In this document: piece after piece, positions 11,530-22,939 of the stretch
Numbering within the stretch: position 1 is the stretch's first letter
How the letters are laid out: each line of letters opens with the position of its first letter
Source: Octopus sinensis
Taxonomy: Eukaryota
Reading direction: 5' to 3'
NCBI RefSeq assembly: GCF_006345805.1
Contig: NC_042997.1
Location: 143,778,001 to 143,842,000 of the forward strand
Length of the DNA stretch: 64,000 bases
Made by a program: the position numbers and the translations under genes
The notes under the pieces: model-generated
The model's database searches: none
What the model saw: the letters and a program-made list of their open reading frames with translations, nothing else
Told to the model about the DNA's origin: nothing

Positions 11530-11603
11530 CCGTTCGTAGCCTTAACTGTTTAGATTGCCAGTTATGTAAACTGGAGATTAAGCTGTCGAAACGGTCTGGA
11601 TCT
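11530..11603 (+). pseudogene. Heavily decayed tRNA-Thr copy
   Basis: CGTAGC...TTAGATTGCCAGTTATGTAAACTGGAGAT...TCGAA...CTGGATCT; upstream flank (AAGATATCACTATAGCAACAATG) shared with the 29200 and 34915 copies. Confidence 0.6.
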
Positions 11604-11693
11604 CTCTCTGACTACATATTATTTTAATAAGAGAGATATCTTTATTTGAGAGGATGGTATTGTAGATTAGACCGGACTATTACTGGACTAAAA

Positions 11694-11923
11694 GGCGGCG
11701 AGCTGGCAGAAACGTTAGCGCGCCGGGCGAAATGCGTAGCCGTATTTCGACTGTCGTTACGTTCTGAGTTCAAATTCCGCCGAGGTCGACTTTGCCTTTC
11801 ATCCTCTCGGGGTCGATAAATAAAGTACCAGTTACGCACTGGGTCGATGTAATCGACTCAATCCCTTTGTCTGTCCTTGTTTGTCCCCTCTATGTTTAGC
11901 CCCTTGTGGGTAGTAAAGAAATA
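11694..11923 (+). mobile_element. SINE family A
   Basis: Near-consensus copy; TSD TATTACTGGACTAAA at 11678-11692 and 11924-11938. Confidence 0.95.
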
Positions 11924-11985
11924 TATTACTGGACTAAATACGTTACTTTAGTTACAGACATCGGATGAATGAAGACCTATATATA

Positions 11986-12029
<44 letters not shown>

Positions 12030-12289
12030 TGCACAACATATGAATTTATCCAGTGGTCCTCACAAAAATCCCCTTTAGTGGACCAGGCTACTAACCTCAT
12101 CATAAAACACCACAAAGGGGTGTAATGTAGAGTCCAATTCAATTTGAATCCCGTAAATCCAATTTATTAATGAATATTTCATTAGCAGTGTATTAATATA
12201 AAGAGAGTAGGTTTGAGATGAATATATTGATTTCACCAGCTGATATCCATGTGACTACGATCGTTTCGCAGCCTCATCATAGAAAAATT

Positions 12290-12310
12290 ATGTATGTATG
12301 TATATATGTA

Positions 12311-12346
<36 letters not shown>

Positions 12347-12435
12347 TGTATGTATGTATGTATGTATGTATGTATGTATGTATGTATGTATGTATGTATG
12401 TATGTATGTATGTATGTATGTATGTATGTATGTAT
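12290..12435. repeat. (TATG)n microsatellite
   Basis: Read directly. Confidence 0.98.
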
Positions 12436-12809
12436 ATCAGCTAGTCTGTCCATGTTTGTTATATCTCTCTGTTTTGAGTTCAAATCCCTTCGGTGTATAT
12501 TGTGCCTTTCATATTTTCGGATTCGATAAGATGATTACCCTCGAACTTGGAGACGAGTGTCCGAATGCTTGTGAAGCCTAATACATCACACTAATACTAT
12601 TTTTCTCTATTTACTTAAGGGACCCGCTTACCAAAATCGTTTCAATCATGTCCACCCTGTACTTTATATTTGTCGGGAATCCTAGACTAAATTATCCAGT
12701 GTATCCTTTCTAAAGAACTTCAGAGGTTGGTGGAAATAATGAGATACCTTGCCAAAGAGAGAACTTTTTTAATCAAAAGGCCGTCGTTCATATTGTTTTA
12801 TGTGAGTAA

Positions 12810-14270
12810 TTCCTTCAGAACAATCGTCGTTGCCTGTCATCTATAAACCCATCACTCATATTCTTTGGTATGATTATCCACTTCATGGTACTACTCTTTC
12901 TCCTTCAACCAAAAAGCCTCTAACTCTTTCATGTAATTATCCAATGGCATGGCGGCACAGAATTGTTAGCACGTTGGGCGAAATGCCTAGCGGTATTTCA
13001 TTCATCCTTATGTTCTGAGTTCAAATTTTGTCCAAGCCTTCTTTGCTTCTTATTCTTTCGGAGTTGATAAAATGAGTACCAGTTGAGCACTGGGGTTGTT
13101 GTAATCGAATTAACTATTTCTGGGTAAGAGTATAAAAAGAAAAAAAAACACAACAAAAACTCCACCTCTCTACCAAGCCATGTCGAGCTAGTGTGGCAGA
13201 GTAGGCTCATCCAACCAGTATGATCTTGAAGGTCACGGCCTCCACATCAGACCGTGTTTAGTGGAGACAACATGCTGAGGCCTTCGTCCTGCAGTGGACT
13301 TATCATAGGCAATCCCATCCAATCCAGTGACATATATAATCACGTTTCAGTCATAAAACCACCGTTATTCAATTGATCAAATTTCTTTAAAACCCGTTCA
13401 CGACGCTCGTACTTTTCTACCATCTATAACATACACCGATCCTCATTATTTGATGCAGTTATCCAGTTCAACATATCAGTCCTTCCCTATCTTCCTTAAA
13501 TGCTTACACTACTTTATCAATAACTAGCAGTATCACCCGACGTTGCTCAGGTTTGTAAGGGAAATAACTATATAAGCATTTTTAGAGAGTTACTTCCCTT
13601 ATAGATGCCAATTCGGGCTTTCTTAGCCATTTCTGTTTTGGTGTCTTCAAGCCATGAAGTCGTTGTTCTAAAAGAACGCTGGTCTCCTTGACAACGCTTT
13701 ACGACGTTGATTTCCTTACACTCCCTTCCCCACAGCTTCACGAGGGAGGGAAGAATGGGGAGAAGCAAACAGGTGCAGGTGTGACCATGGACGCCAACTC
13801 CGCCGCCATCGACACACGAAAAATTATGCATTAAAATGGAATAAAAAATGATGTTAAATTATTTTTAAAATCGTAGACTCATCGTAGACGCGCGCTAATA
13901 GCCAGACGGGCTCGATATGAATCACGACTATAAGATACCCGAATTTGGTTAAACTGCACTGCAAAATGTGGGAGTAGTTAGGAATCTAAATCGAAGGGGA
14001 CAGACACTCACACAACTACAGTTTTATATATATAGATAAACTCATTGCTCTTATTGTTTGGTGCGATTATTCAGTTCACAACCGGCAGTACTTTACTATC
14101 AACACTGTCCTAATTTCTCTTACTGTTTATTGTGTTTAGCCATTTTTTTTCGGCCTCGTTTTTCCTTATCATTCATGAACCCATTTGTGTTATTGTTTAA
14201 TGTAATTTATTGTTTATGCCTCACGTCCTTCTCCATTCGCAATTAACCTACTGTTTTTATTGTCTGTTTA
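12810..14270 (-). repeat. Fossil ~68-bp tandem repeat, interrupted by a SINE, an RTE-like end and a Helitron
   Basis: Recurring minus-strand motif ...GAGAAGGAC...CATGAACTGGATAATTACATCAAACAATAA... at 12810-12940, 13330-13500, 14090-14260; also near 7340, 20900, 23940, 25100, 27950 and 35945. Confidence 0.6.
13524..14036 (-). mobile_element. Non-autonomous Helitron
   Basis: Minus strand A|TCTATATATATAAAA ... imperfect subterminal hairpin ... CTAG|T; no TSD; ends shared with 33681-34078. Confidence 0.85.
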
Positions 14271-14374
14271 CGCATTTATGTATAATGACACTTTCGCAGT
14301 GTTTGGATTACATTCTTCCCGTTGACCTGCTTTATATAGTATAAATAGAAATATAGATAAATAGACACACGCAC

Positions 14375-14384
14375 AAATAGATAA

Positions 14385-14462
<78 letters not shown>

Positions 14463-14490
14463 GGATAAATAGATGGATAGATGGATAAAT
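14375..14490. repeat. (ATAG)n microsatellite
   Basis: Read directly. Confidence 0.97.
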
Positions 14491-16356
14491 AGATAAAAAG
14501 ACAGTTAAACAGTTACACTGATAGTGGGTTAGATAGACAAGTAGACAGAAAGAGAAATAGTTAATAGATAGATAGGTTAATAGATAGATAGACAAACAGA
14601 CAGACTGCTGGTTACATTACCAGATATTTGAATTGATAACACTGGTTAACGCATATTTTCTGTTACAAGGTTTATCAATGGTTTTTAGCTAACTTTGGAA
14701 TGCCGAGTCAGTAGAGCTATCTTCAATGAAGGGCGTTGCCCTTTGTCCACCCCATATATTTGTATGTGATGGATTACATTCAATATCTCCCATCTTTTTA
14801 TGACGGTATATTTCGATGTTATCTGACATAAGATTTTGTCTATCGCATTAGATTTTTGAAATATAAAAGCTTTTAGATTTGCTAGAAACAGCTATTTAAT
14901 GCTCATAAAGGAGGAATTAAACATACGTAGATGCAATTTTTATTAGACAGTATGTCTTTTTTTAATCTAATAAACCAAAACATAAAGTTGTGTGAGTAGA
15001 TGGACATTAGCATGTAAGACTTAGGCTTGGTTATAACAAAATATCAATTCAAAATCTCTATTCATTTTAGTCATTCAATCTGATCATCGTATTACTGCAA
15101 GAACTTCCTCTTTTTTTAACTATCTCTTGTGCACAGCTTCTGAAATATCTCTCATGATATTAAAATTAATTTCAAGAATCTGAACAAAACTGCAATTAAA
15201 AAAAGTGTACCAGAAAACGTTTCAAATACAGAGGAAATATACAAAAATAAACATTATTTTCCATCGTACTATTAATTTTGTTTCACTTTGAAAACTGAAA
15301 ATTTATTTTATACTTTATTAATGTTTATGCTTTGAATTAAATGTATACTGGAGCACCAAAATCTTTTAAGTGTTTAGGATATCTGTGGCCCTTAATCCGG
15401 CTCTGAATAGAAATAATGGAACCAAGGACAGAGAATAAAGAAAAAAACATTATATACTTGCTTAAAGGTTTGTTGAGCAGGGGGGCACAATGTAAGCATG
15501 TTGGACCCTTAACCCAGAGGTCCATAAATCAGATCTACACCCTACTTGATAATGAATGCTATTTTTGATATATTTTATTTTTTACATCACAATTGAATTG
15601 TCTACAAATATATCAACTATATACATGCATGTACACCAATAGGTGTAGGTACAAATTATATCATGCAAGGTCAGCGTGTCACCAAATGAAATGTATGCAC
15701 CAAAACCCAATTAGCGTAGCGGATAGTAATAGTAAACATCGTAGCAGTTTCACATACATGCCTGTGCTATTATCTCTACTGTAAATAGACGTTATAGTTT
15801 GTTAAAGTGATGTCATTTAGAAATACGTGAGAGAAAATAACACGGCTCACTACAAAAAGAAACAAACGCCATCACAATTTTTGATTGCAGTTTCTACGTC
15901 ATTATTCATTACAATTAAAGCAACAGCGAACTGACAGAACCATTAGGGCGTTGGAAAATGCCTTGTATTTCATCTCGTTCATTACAATCTAGGGCTTCAA
16001 TTTCGTAGAGATCAGTACTACGGGCTGACTAGCCACATTTTCCTGGTAATGGCTGTCCCTGAGCTTAAATTAGAAACAATTACACATTGTAATTGTTTAC
16101 ATAAACAATGAAAACATAATTAATCTTTCAAATTTCGGCACAAAATCTACAATTTATATTTTTTAGAGGGAAGGGGAGTCAATTACAACGACCCTAGTGC
16201 TTAAATGGAACTTATTTTATCGGCGTCGGTATGAAGGACGGCAAAGTCAACCTTGGTAGCATTTGATCTCAGAATATAAAGAGCAAGGAGAAATGTTGCC
16301 GAGCATCTATCCTCCATCGTAGCGATTCTGTTTCTTTGTCGCCTTTCAATGAGGAC

Positions 16357-16357
<1 letters not shown>

Positions 16358-16431
<74 letters not shown>

Positions 16432-16432
16432 T
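16358..16432. repeat. (AAT)n microsatellite; further tracts at 17200-17310, 18208-18298 and 32528-32650
   Basis: Read directly. Confidence 0.98.
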
Positions 16433-16644
16433 TGAGAAGAGCATTGTCGATGTGAGAACTGTTGCTGCTCATGTATTTTAATTTAACTTAAAAAAAAAAA
16501 AATGAACGAACTATTGAGTTTGGTTTAATGGCCTACCAATGTATACTATGAGTTTCTTTGCCCTAGGAGTCGGGAAGACACTCGGCAAGAAATGGAAGCA
16601 AATTTGAAAGAAGAAAAAAGAAAAATAATAATAATAATAATAAA

Positions 16645-17199
16645 TGCCCTGATGCAGTACCAACAGTGACGCTCGTGGCTTCTGATCTTAACTGATTGGA
16701 AAGTGTTATCATGTACATTGTTTTGTCTTGGTATAAAAGATGGGCTACAGCAAATATTCTGCTCAATACCACAGATTTGCTTGTCAGTTGTTTGACCTTA
16801 ACCAGTTGAGCATGTCCCTTAGTGACTGACGATATGTGCATCTCTGATCACAAGCAGAAGTAGTGGGGGAGTATCATAGCCATGTGTTGAAAGGGATTCT
16901 TTGGGGTTTGAATAATTCACTTCTGGAAACATGGATGTTCCGTTCAACATCCTTAAACAACCCTTATTCAGGGACCTTTTGAGCGGGATGGGTTACTCGA
17001 CCAGAAGAGAATTGTAACTGGGCCCCACGTGCAAGGTCATGTGCAGTTTATCTTGATATGAGATCACCATGTCGCGCACATATGGTTGTGATGCAAGTGC
17101 CTGGTGTACCCTTATCAGACGGGTAGTCATGATGGGTATACCGGGCTTCGTATATTTTACCCCAGTGTCACTTTGATGGCATACACTGCTCTCTCACTC
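16645..17199 (+). mobile_element. Putative non-autonomous ~555-bp element embedded in (AAT)n
   Basis: Sharp boundaries against AAT tracts on both sides, higher GC than flanks, no credible ORF. Confidence 0.5.
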
Positions 17200-17248
17200 A
17201 ATAATAATAATAATGTTAATAATGATAATAATAATGATAATAATAATG

Positions 17249-17310
<62 letters not shown>

Positions 17311-17311
<1 letters not shown>

Positions 17312-18205
17312 TGGACAAGGTGCACCACATATGCTATATAGCTGATGTTGCATGCCCCTTTGATCCACGAATAGTGAAGAAGGAAGGCGAAAAGATAGGT
17401 AAATACATTCTTAAGTACGAAATAGCCCAGCTATGGAAAATGAAGAAGGTGAAGACAGGGCCAATTATTGTTGGGTCCTTGGGAGCAGCAGGCATCAAGG
17501 AGAATATTCAGGGAGATGCTGCTGAAGATAACAGACCGATTTCTTGCATCTCGTTAACTTGGAAGTTACTGTCAGGAGGAATTGCAGAAGAACTGTATAA
17601 ATTTCTTGATGAGAACAATATATTTATTTCTTTATTGCCCACGGGGGTGGGGGCTAAACATACAGAGGACAAACAAGGATAGACAAAGGGATTAAGTCGA
17701 TTACATAACTGGTACATATTTAATCGACCCCGAAAGGATAAAAGGCAAAGTTGACCTCGGCAGAATTTGAACTCAGAACGTAACGGCAGATGAAATACTG
17801 CTAAGCATTTCGCCTGCGTGCTAACGATTCTGCCAGCTCACCGCCCTTGCCAGCTCACCGCCCTCTTGATGAGAACGATATATTACCGCCGGAACGAAAA
17901 TGCTGTAGAAGGAGATGCAGAAGTACCAAACATCAACTATTGATAGACAAAATGGTAATGCAATATTGTAAACGGAGAACAAATCAGAGAATGGCTTGGA
18001 TTGACTATGGCAAAGCTTATGATATGATTCCACATTCGTGGATCATTGAGTGCTTAGAACTGTTTGAAATTGCGAGAAATGTAACGTATTTCTTGAAGGG
18101 AAGTATGGTGGGATGGAAAACTGAACTGACATCTTACAGAAAAAGCTTGGACACCTTGGGTATTAGAAGAGGGATTTTCCAGGGTGACAGCTTATCTCCG
18201 CCTTA
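17311..18205 (+). mobile_element. R4/Dong-like non-LTR fragments: RLE C-terminus, then RT N-terminal half, split by a SINE
   Basis: CYIADVACPFD...EKIGKY...PIIVGSLG (RLE); RPISC...WKLLSG and QLLIDK...[17 protein letters not shown]...[12 protein letters not shown] (RT). Confidence 0.9.
17625..17863 (-). mobile_element. SINE family A nested in the R4/Dong RT
   Basis: TSD TCTTGATGAGAAC(A/G)ATATATT at 17604-17624 and 17864-17884. Confidence 0.92.
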
Positions 18206-18207
18206 TC

Positions 18208-18257
<50 letters not shown>

Positions 18258-18299
18258 TAACAACAACAACAACAACAACAACAACAATAATAATAATTA

Positions 18300-18705
18300 A
18301 TTTCTTTATTGTTCATAGGGGCTAAACATAGAGGGGACAAACAAAGGGATTAAGTCGATTACATCGATCCCCAGTGCATAACTGATACTTATTTAATCGA
18401 CCCCGAGAGGATGAAAAGTAAAGTCGACCTCGGCGAAATTTGAACTCGGAACGTAACGGCAGACGAAATACATATTTCTTTACTACCCACAAGGGGCTAA
18501 ACACAGAGAGGACAAACAAGGACAGACAAACAGATTAAGTTGATTATATCGATCCCAGTTCGTAACTGGTATTATTTAATCGACTCCGAAAGGATAAAAG
18601 GCAAAGTCAACCCCGACGGAATTTGAACTCAGAACGTAACCACGAGCAAAATACTGCTAAGCACTTCGTCCAGCGTACTAACGATTCTGCAACCTCGCCA
18701 CCTTA
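18300..18705 (-). mobile_element. SINE family A, dimeric
   Basis: Two body units plus head, reverse orientation. Confidence 0.9.
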
Positions 18706-19259
18706 ACAACAGCAACAGCAGCCGTTCAAAAATTTGGACCCGGAGATCTCCATTTCCAGCGACTTCGAGGGCCACCTACAACAAGACGACCAAAGTTTTT
18801 TTTCCCAAGGTCTGGGGTCTCCCACCCCTAAGCCCTAGAGCATCACCTAATCACTCTTAACCGTCTTGTTGCTTAACAACAACAACAACAACAACAACAG
18901 CAGCAGCAGCAGAAACAACAACAGCAACAATAATAACAAAAATAATCCTTTCTACTATAGGCACAAGGCCTGATTTTTATATTTGCTGTTGGTGGGGATA
19001 GTGGATTACATCATGCCATCTAACCCTTAGCAATGTATTCTTAAGTGGCTTCACTCACCAGTTAATTAAAGGATCCAATCTAATACAAGAGAAGTTGGGT
19101 ATTCCAATTTTTATTGAATATAATATTGTGTTACAGTTACATTTTAAAACGCGTTACAAGAGCGAGATTTGTTGCTCCTTATAGGGGTCTGGTGTCAAAT
19201 AAATATTCTGTTATTAGTTCGTTGCCATACTTGATGTCCATGTTAGTGTTGGTATTGAT

Positions 19260-20050
19260 TGTACCGTAAAAAAAGAGACAATAACGTACCATAGCAAAGA
19301 AAGCATTTTATCTTATATTGAACCAGGAATTTCACTCATCTGGCTGTCCTTTAATCTCACTACAACACAGATGTTGTAGTGAAAGGTTTTGCTTAACTGA
19401 TATGAATAAAAATGCTGGAGTAACTGTAAGAGCGATAAACGTTTGAATATCACTATTCATTAGTGTGTTACATTGTACTTTTTGACATCATAAGAATAAT
19501 TTAGGAGCGACAACGCGTGTGGCTCCGTAGCTCAGTTGGTTAGAGCGCCAGTCTAGTAAACTGGAGGTCGAGTGTTCGAATCCCTCCGGAGCCTAGTAGT
19601 ATACTATAATGCTTTTTATGATTTCTTTTCTTAAAATTCACGTAATATTTCTAGTGATATTAATCAACTTTGCCATTTTAAATTTTATGTTCTGTATTCA
19701 CAGAAATTACTGTAATAGTAGTTCAACTACGTTAGATATGTTTTCTTCACAGATCGACGGGTTTAATCACCAGAGTGCAATCTAGTAAAAACGGGGCTGT
19801 CGCTCCTAAATTATTCTTATGATGTCAAAAAGTACAATGTAACACACTAATGAATAGTGATATTCAAACGTTTATCGCTCTTACAGTTACTCCAGCATTT
19901 TTATTCATATCAGTTAAGCAAAACCTTTCACTACAACATCTGTGTTGTAGTGAGATTAAAGGACAGCCAGATGAGTGAAATTCCTGGTTCAATATAAGAT
20001 AAAATGCTTTCTTTGCTATGGTACGTTATTGTCTCTTTTTTTACGGTACA
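19260..20050. repeat. Perfect 253-bp inverted repeat (19260-19512 / 19798-20050) enclosing a tRNA gene
   Basis: Arms are reverse complements with no mismatch found by eye; paired coordinates sum to 39310 at both ends. Confidence 0.95.
19521..19594 (+). tRNA. tRNA-Thr-AGT: tRNA-Thr(AGT)
   Basis: Full cloverleaf, C62 allele, TTTTT about 18 nt downstream. Confidence 0.95.
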
Positions 20051-20369
20051 CAGGTATCATCTGGCAGGTATGATCTGGTGGATCCAACGATGTACTGTTG
20101 CAGCGAATGTCTCCATACTACTACTACTACTACTACTACTGACTCTGCCCCCCCTCCCCGACCCTAAAAATTAGCGATTCTGTACGGAGCCATTGCAGTC
20201 AAATTTCTGTCAAATCATATCCAACATGCGGAAGGACTCATTGGATAACGTTGTCCTTGATTTATTATAATAAACAAAGACAGTGTACACTGCTTGAACG
20301 ACGTTTACCGTAGTTTACCGTGAGAGGGATCGTCAAAATGATTTCAGTAAATATACTGAAGAAATGCAA

Positions 20370-20590
20370 CAGGCCGAGAGGGGCAAACTGTCAAAGTATC
20401 GCTCTCTGACTGGTTTACAGCGGAGACTCCGGTGTTCTCGGCCACCGGGATCACGTACCTACTCACCACTATCGGGGCGGAGATAGCTATCCGCAAGTGT
20501 GAACCCTGAGAGTCAGAGTGCCTGTTCCCGCGCATCTCCTTCGCCATCCTCCGGGGCAACGGCCTTTCCATTTTTTTCCGCTACAGCTAT
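20370..20590 (+). mobile_element. 3' fragment of a CRE-like RLE non-LTR element
   Basis: Frameshifted QAERGKLSKYRSL...TTIGAEIAIRKCEP*ESECLFPRISFAILRGNGLSI resembles the K..KY...RLS.AIQRGNA C-terminus of CRE-clade elements; GC-rich island. Confidence 0.7.
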
Positions 20591-21299
20591 GAGGCGGACT
20601 GACAAGCCTTTTTAGATATTTCTCTGCTGCTGTGAAGACGAAAGATATGAGGATTTAGGCAGGGTTCTTCATCAAACTCAATGATTTTACTATTTTGTGA
20701 ACGTCCTTATGACTGGTCCATATTGTATAGATTTTGGTAGCAAGAAAGGCAAATTCAACCTTGACAGGAAATAAATTGAGATGTAAAAGGGCGTAAATAA
20801 ATGCTGCAAGCCACTTAACTTTCTCTTAAGGATTCTTCTAAATCACCGCTTTTACTAGCTTCAAAATTGAGTTAGTCTAGTTCATTATGAATTAAAAAAA
20901 ATTATGTGAGCCCTAAAGTAACGGCTCTCATTGATTTAATGTAAATATCCCCGTCACCGGACGTGTATTTCTCTATCAGCCCTAAATCCACAAGTCTTAT
21001 TCTTTGATGAGGTACATCCTTCACAATCAGCCGTTTGATTTGATTATTGTGTTCGTAGTACACATTATTCACAATCAGTCATAAACCCACAGTTCATATA
21101 GTTTAAGGCTGTTTTTCTGTTCGTGGGTAGCTATAGACGAAGCCAACCTTCATTCAGGTGAATTATGGTTGAAGGTATTCCATTATTCATAATTACAGTT
21201 ATTTCGAGTATGGACACATGTATTAAATATAGTAAGTGTATTATGAACTTATGTAATTATAAACAGATTTATAATATATAAGAGGTTTCTTTTATTTTG

Positions 21300-21500
21300 T
21301 GGAGGCGTTCGCATGCCGAGCGAAATGCTTAGCAGCATTTCGTACGTCATTACGTTCAGAGTTCAAATTCTGCTGAGATCGACTCTCTTTTCATCATTTC
21401 GGGGCCAATAAAATAAGTATCAGTTGAGCACTGGATTCGATGTAATCGACTTAGCCCCTCTCCCAAAATTGATGGCCTTGTGCAAAAAAATTTGAAATCA
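21300..21500 (+). mobile_element. SINE family A
   Basis: Diverged head, B box and body. Confidence 0.8.
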
Positions 21501-21582
21501 ATATATGTGAGTTTGCGCTGAGGTTATACAAATGATTTAATTGCATATATTATGTGATCTCGATGTTATATTTATAAAAAAA

Positions 21583-22307
21583 TTTGGTTAGCAAGAAAGT
21601 AATTTCGTTTTTTTAGTGTGAAATAAAATTTATTGTTTTTTTTTATGCAAAGAATGAACTTTAATCAATTATATATTTTCCATTTCGTTCGATGACCTTT
21701 TGCCATCTTTCTGGTAACTTCATGATTTCGCGCTTCTGGTCCTTATCAGCCAAAAACTGAAGCAAGTGCAATTTCAGGTCATCATCATTATTGAATTTTT
21801 AACATTCAAAGAACTTTTCAAACATAGAAATAATTGATAACCTGATGGTACAAGGTCCGGGCTATATGGTGGACGTGACATCACTTCCCAACCAAGCTCC
21901 AGTAATTTTCCACGAGTTAGCAAAGACGTGTGTTGTCTAGCGTTGTTATGGTGGAACACGATTCCTTTACGATTTGCCACTTCTGGCCGTTTTTCTTTGA
22001 TTGTTTTCTCCAGTTTTAGTTGTTGACAGTAACCATCTGAATTGATCGTTTGGTTCCTTGGAAGCAGCTTAAAATACACAAACCTTTGTAATCACACCAA
22101 ATTAACAGCATGACCGTTTTTATGTAATTCAGCATTCAATATGGCCTGTGATGGTTTATTACGCTTGGACCATGATTGCTTCTAAAGTAAGCGAAAAATA
22201 ACGGCTATCAAATGTCAAAAGGAAAAAAATTATAACATTAACAAAAGCCGTTCAAGAAAATCGTAACTTTATTTGCGAAAAACGAAATTACTTTCTTGCC
22301 AACCCAA
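21583..22307 (-). mobile_element. Internally deleted mariner (DD34D-type) transposon
   Basis: ~28-bp TIRs TTGG(G)TT(A/G)GCAAGAAAGTAATTTCGTTTTT; remnant GIVFHHNNARQH...GWEVMSRPPYSPDLVPSGYQLF with catalytic Asp residues mutated. Confidence 0.92.
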
Positions 22308-22793
22308 TAATTTTTTATAATAATATGTTCACTATTTAAGGATTTATCAATAACAAGTTCAATAGATTGATGTGCTATAGAATTATTTAGATAATTTAGT
22401 AAATATAAGTCCGATGATAGGGTTAGAGTATGATATGATTAGAGCGAGATTTGACTGCTATTTATAGCGAAACTAGTGACGAGTAGATATTCCATTATTA
22501 GTTCGTTGTCAGAGTTGATGTTGCTGTTAGTGTTGGTGCTTATATTATAATATCTAACACAATAACTTACCAGAGAGAAGACATTATATCATATTGAACC
22601 AGGTATCGCCTACATGCCTGCTCTTTAATCTCAAGAGTAACACAGACGTCGTAGTGAGGGTTTTTGTTAAACTGATATCGATAAGAATAGAATAAATGTA
22701 CTGAAATAGATACAATTTGACGTCACTATTCATTATCATGTTACATTGTAGTGGTTGACGTCATAAGAATAATTTAGGAGCGCTGTCACGTGT

Positions 22794-22867
22794 GGCTCCG
22801 TAGCTCAGTCGGTTAGAGCGCCAGTCTAGTAAACTGGAGGTCGAGTGTTCGAATCCCTCCGGAGCCT
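22794..22867 (+). tRNA. tRNA-Thr-AGT: tRNA-Thr(AGT), C17 variant
   Basis: Full cloverleaf; TTTTT about 20 nt downstream. Confidence 0.95.
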
Positions 22868-22939
22868 ACTATCAGTGTGACATACGCTTTTTCTTTTAAG
22901 ATATGTAACTTTGGTATTTGAAATCAGATAGTATTTTTA

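Noticed and set aside
19357-19382. 11-bp hairpin upstream of the tRNA as a conserved regulatory structure
   Set aside because: Paralogous flanks (about 22630 and 26515) do not keep the pairing.
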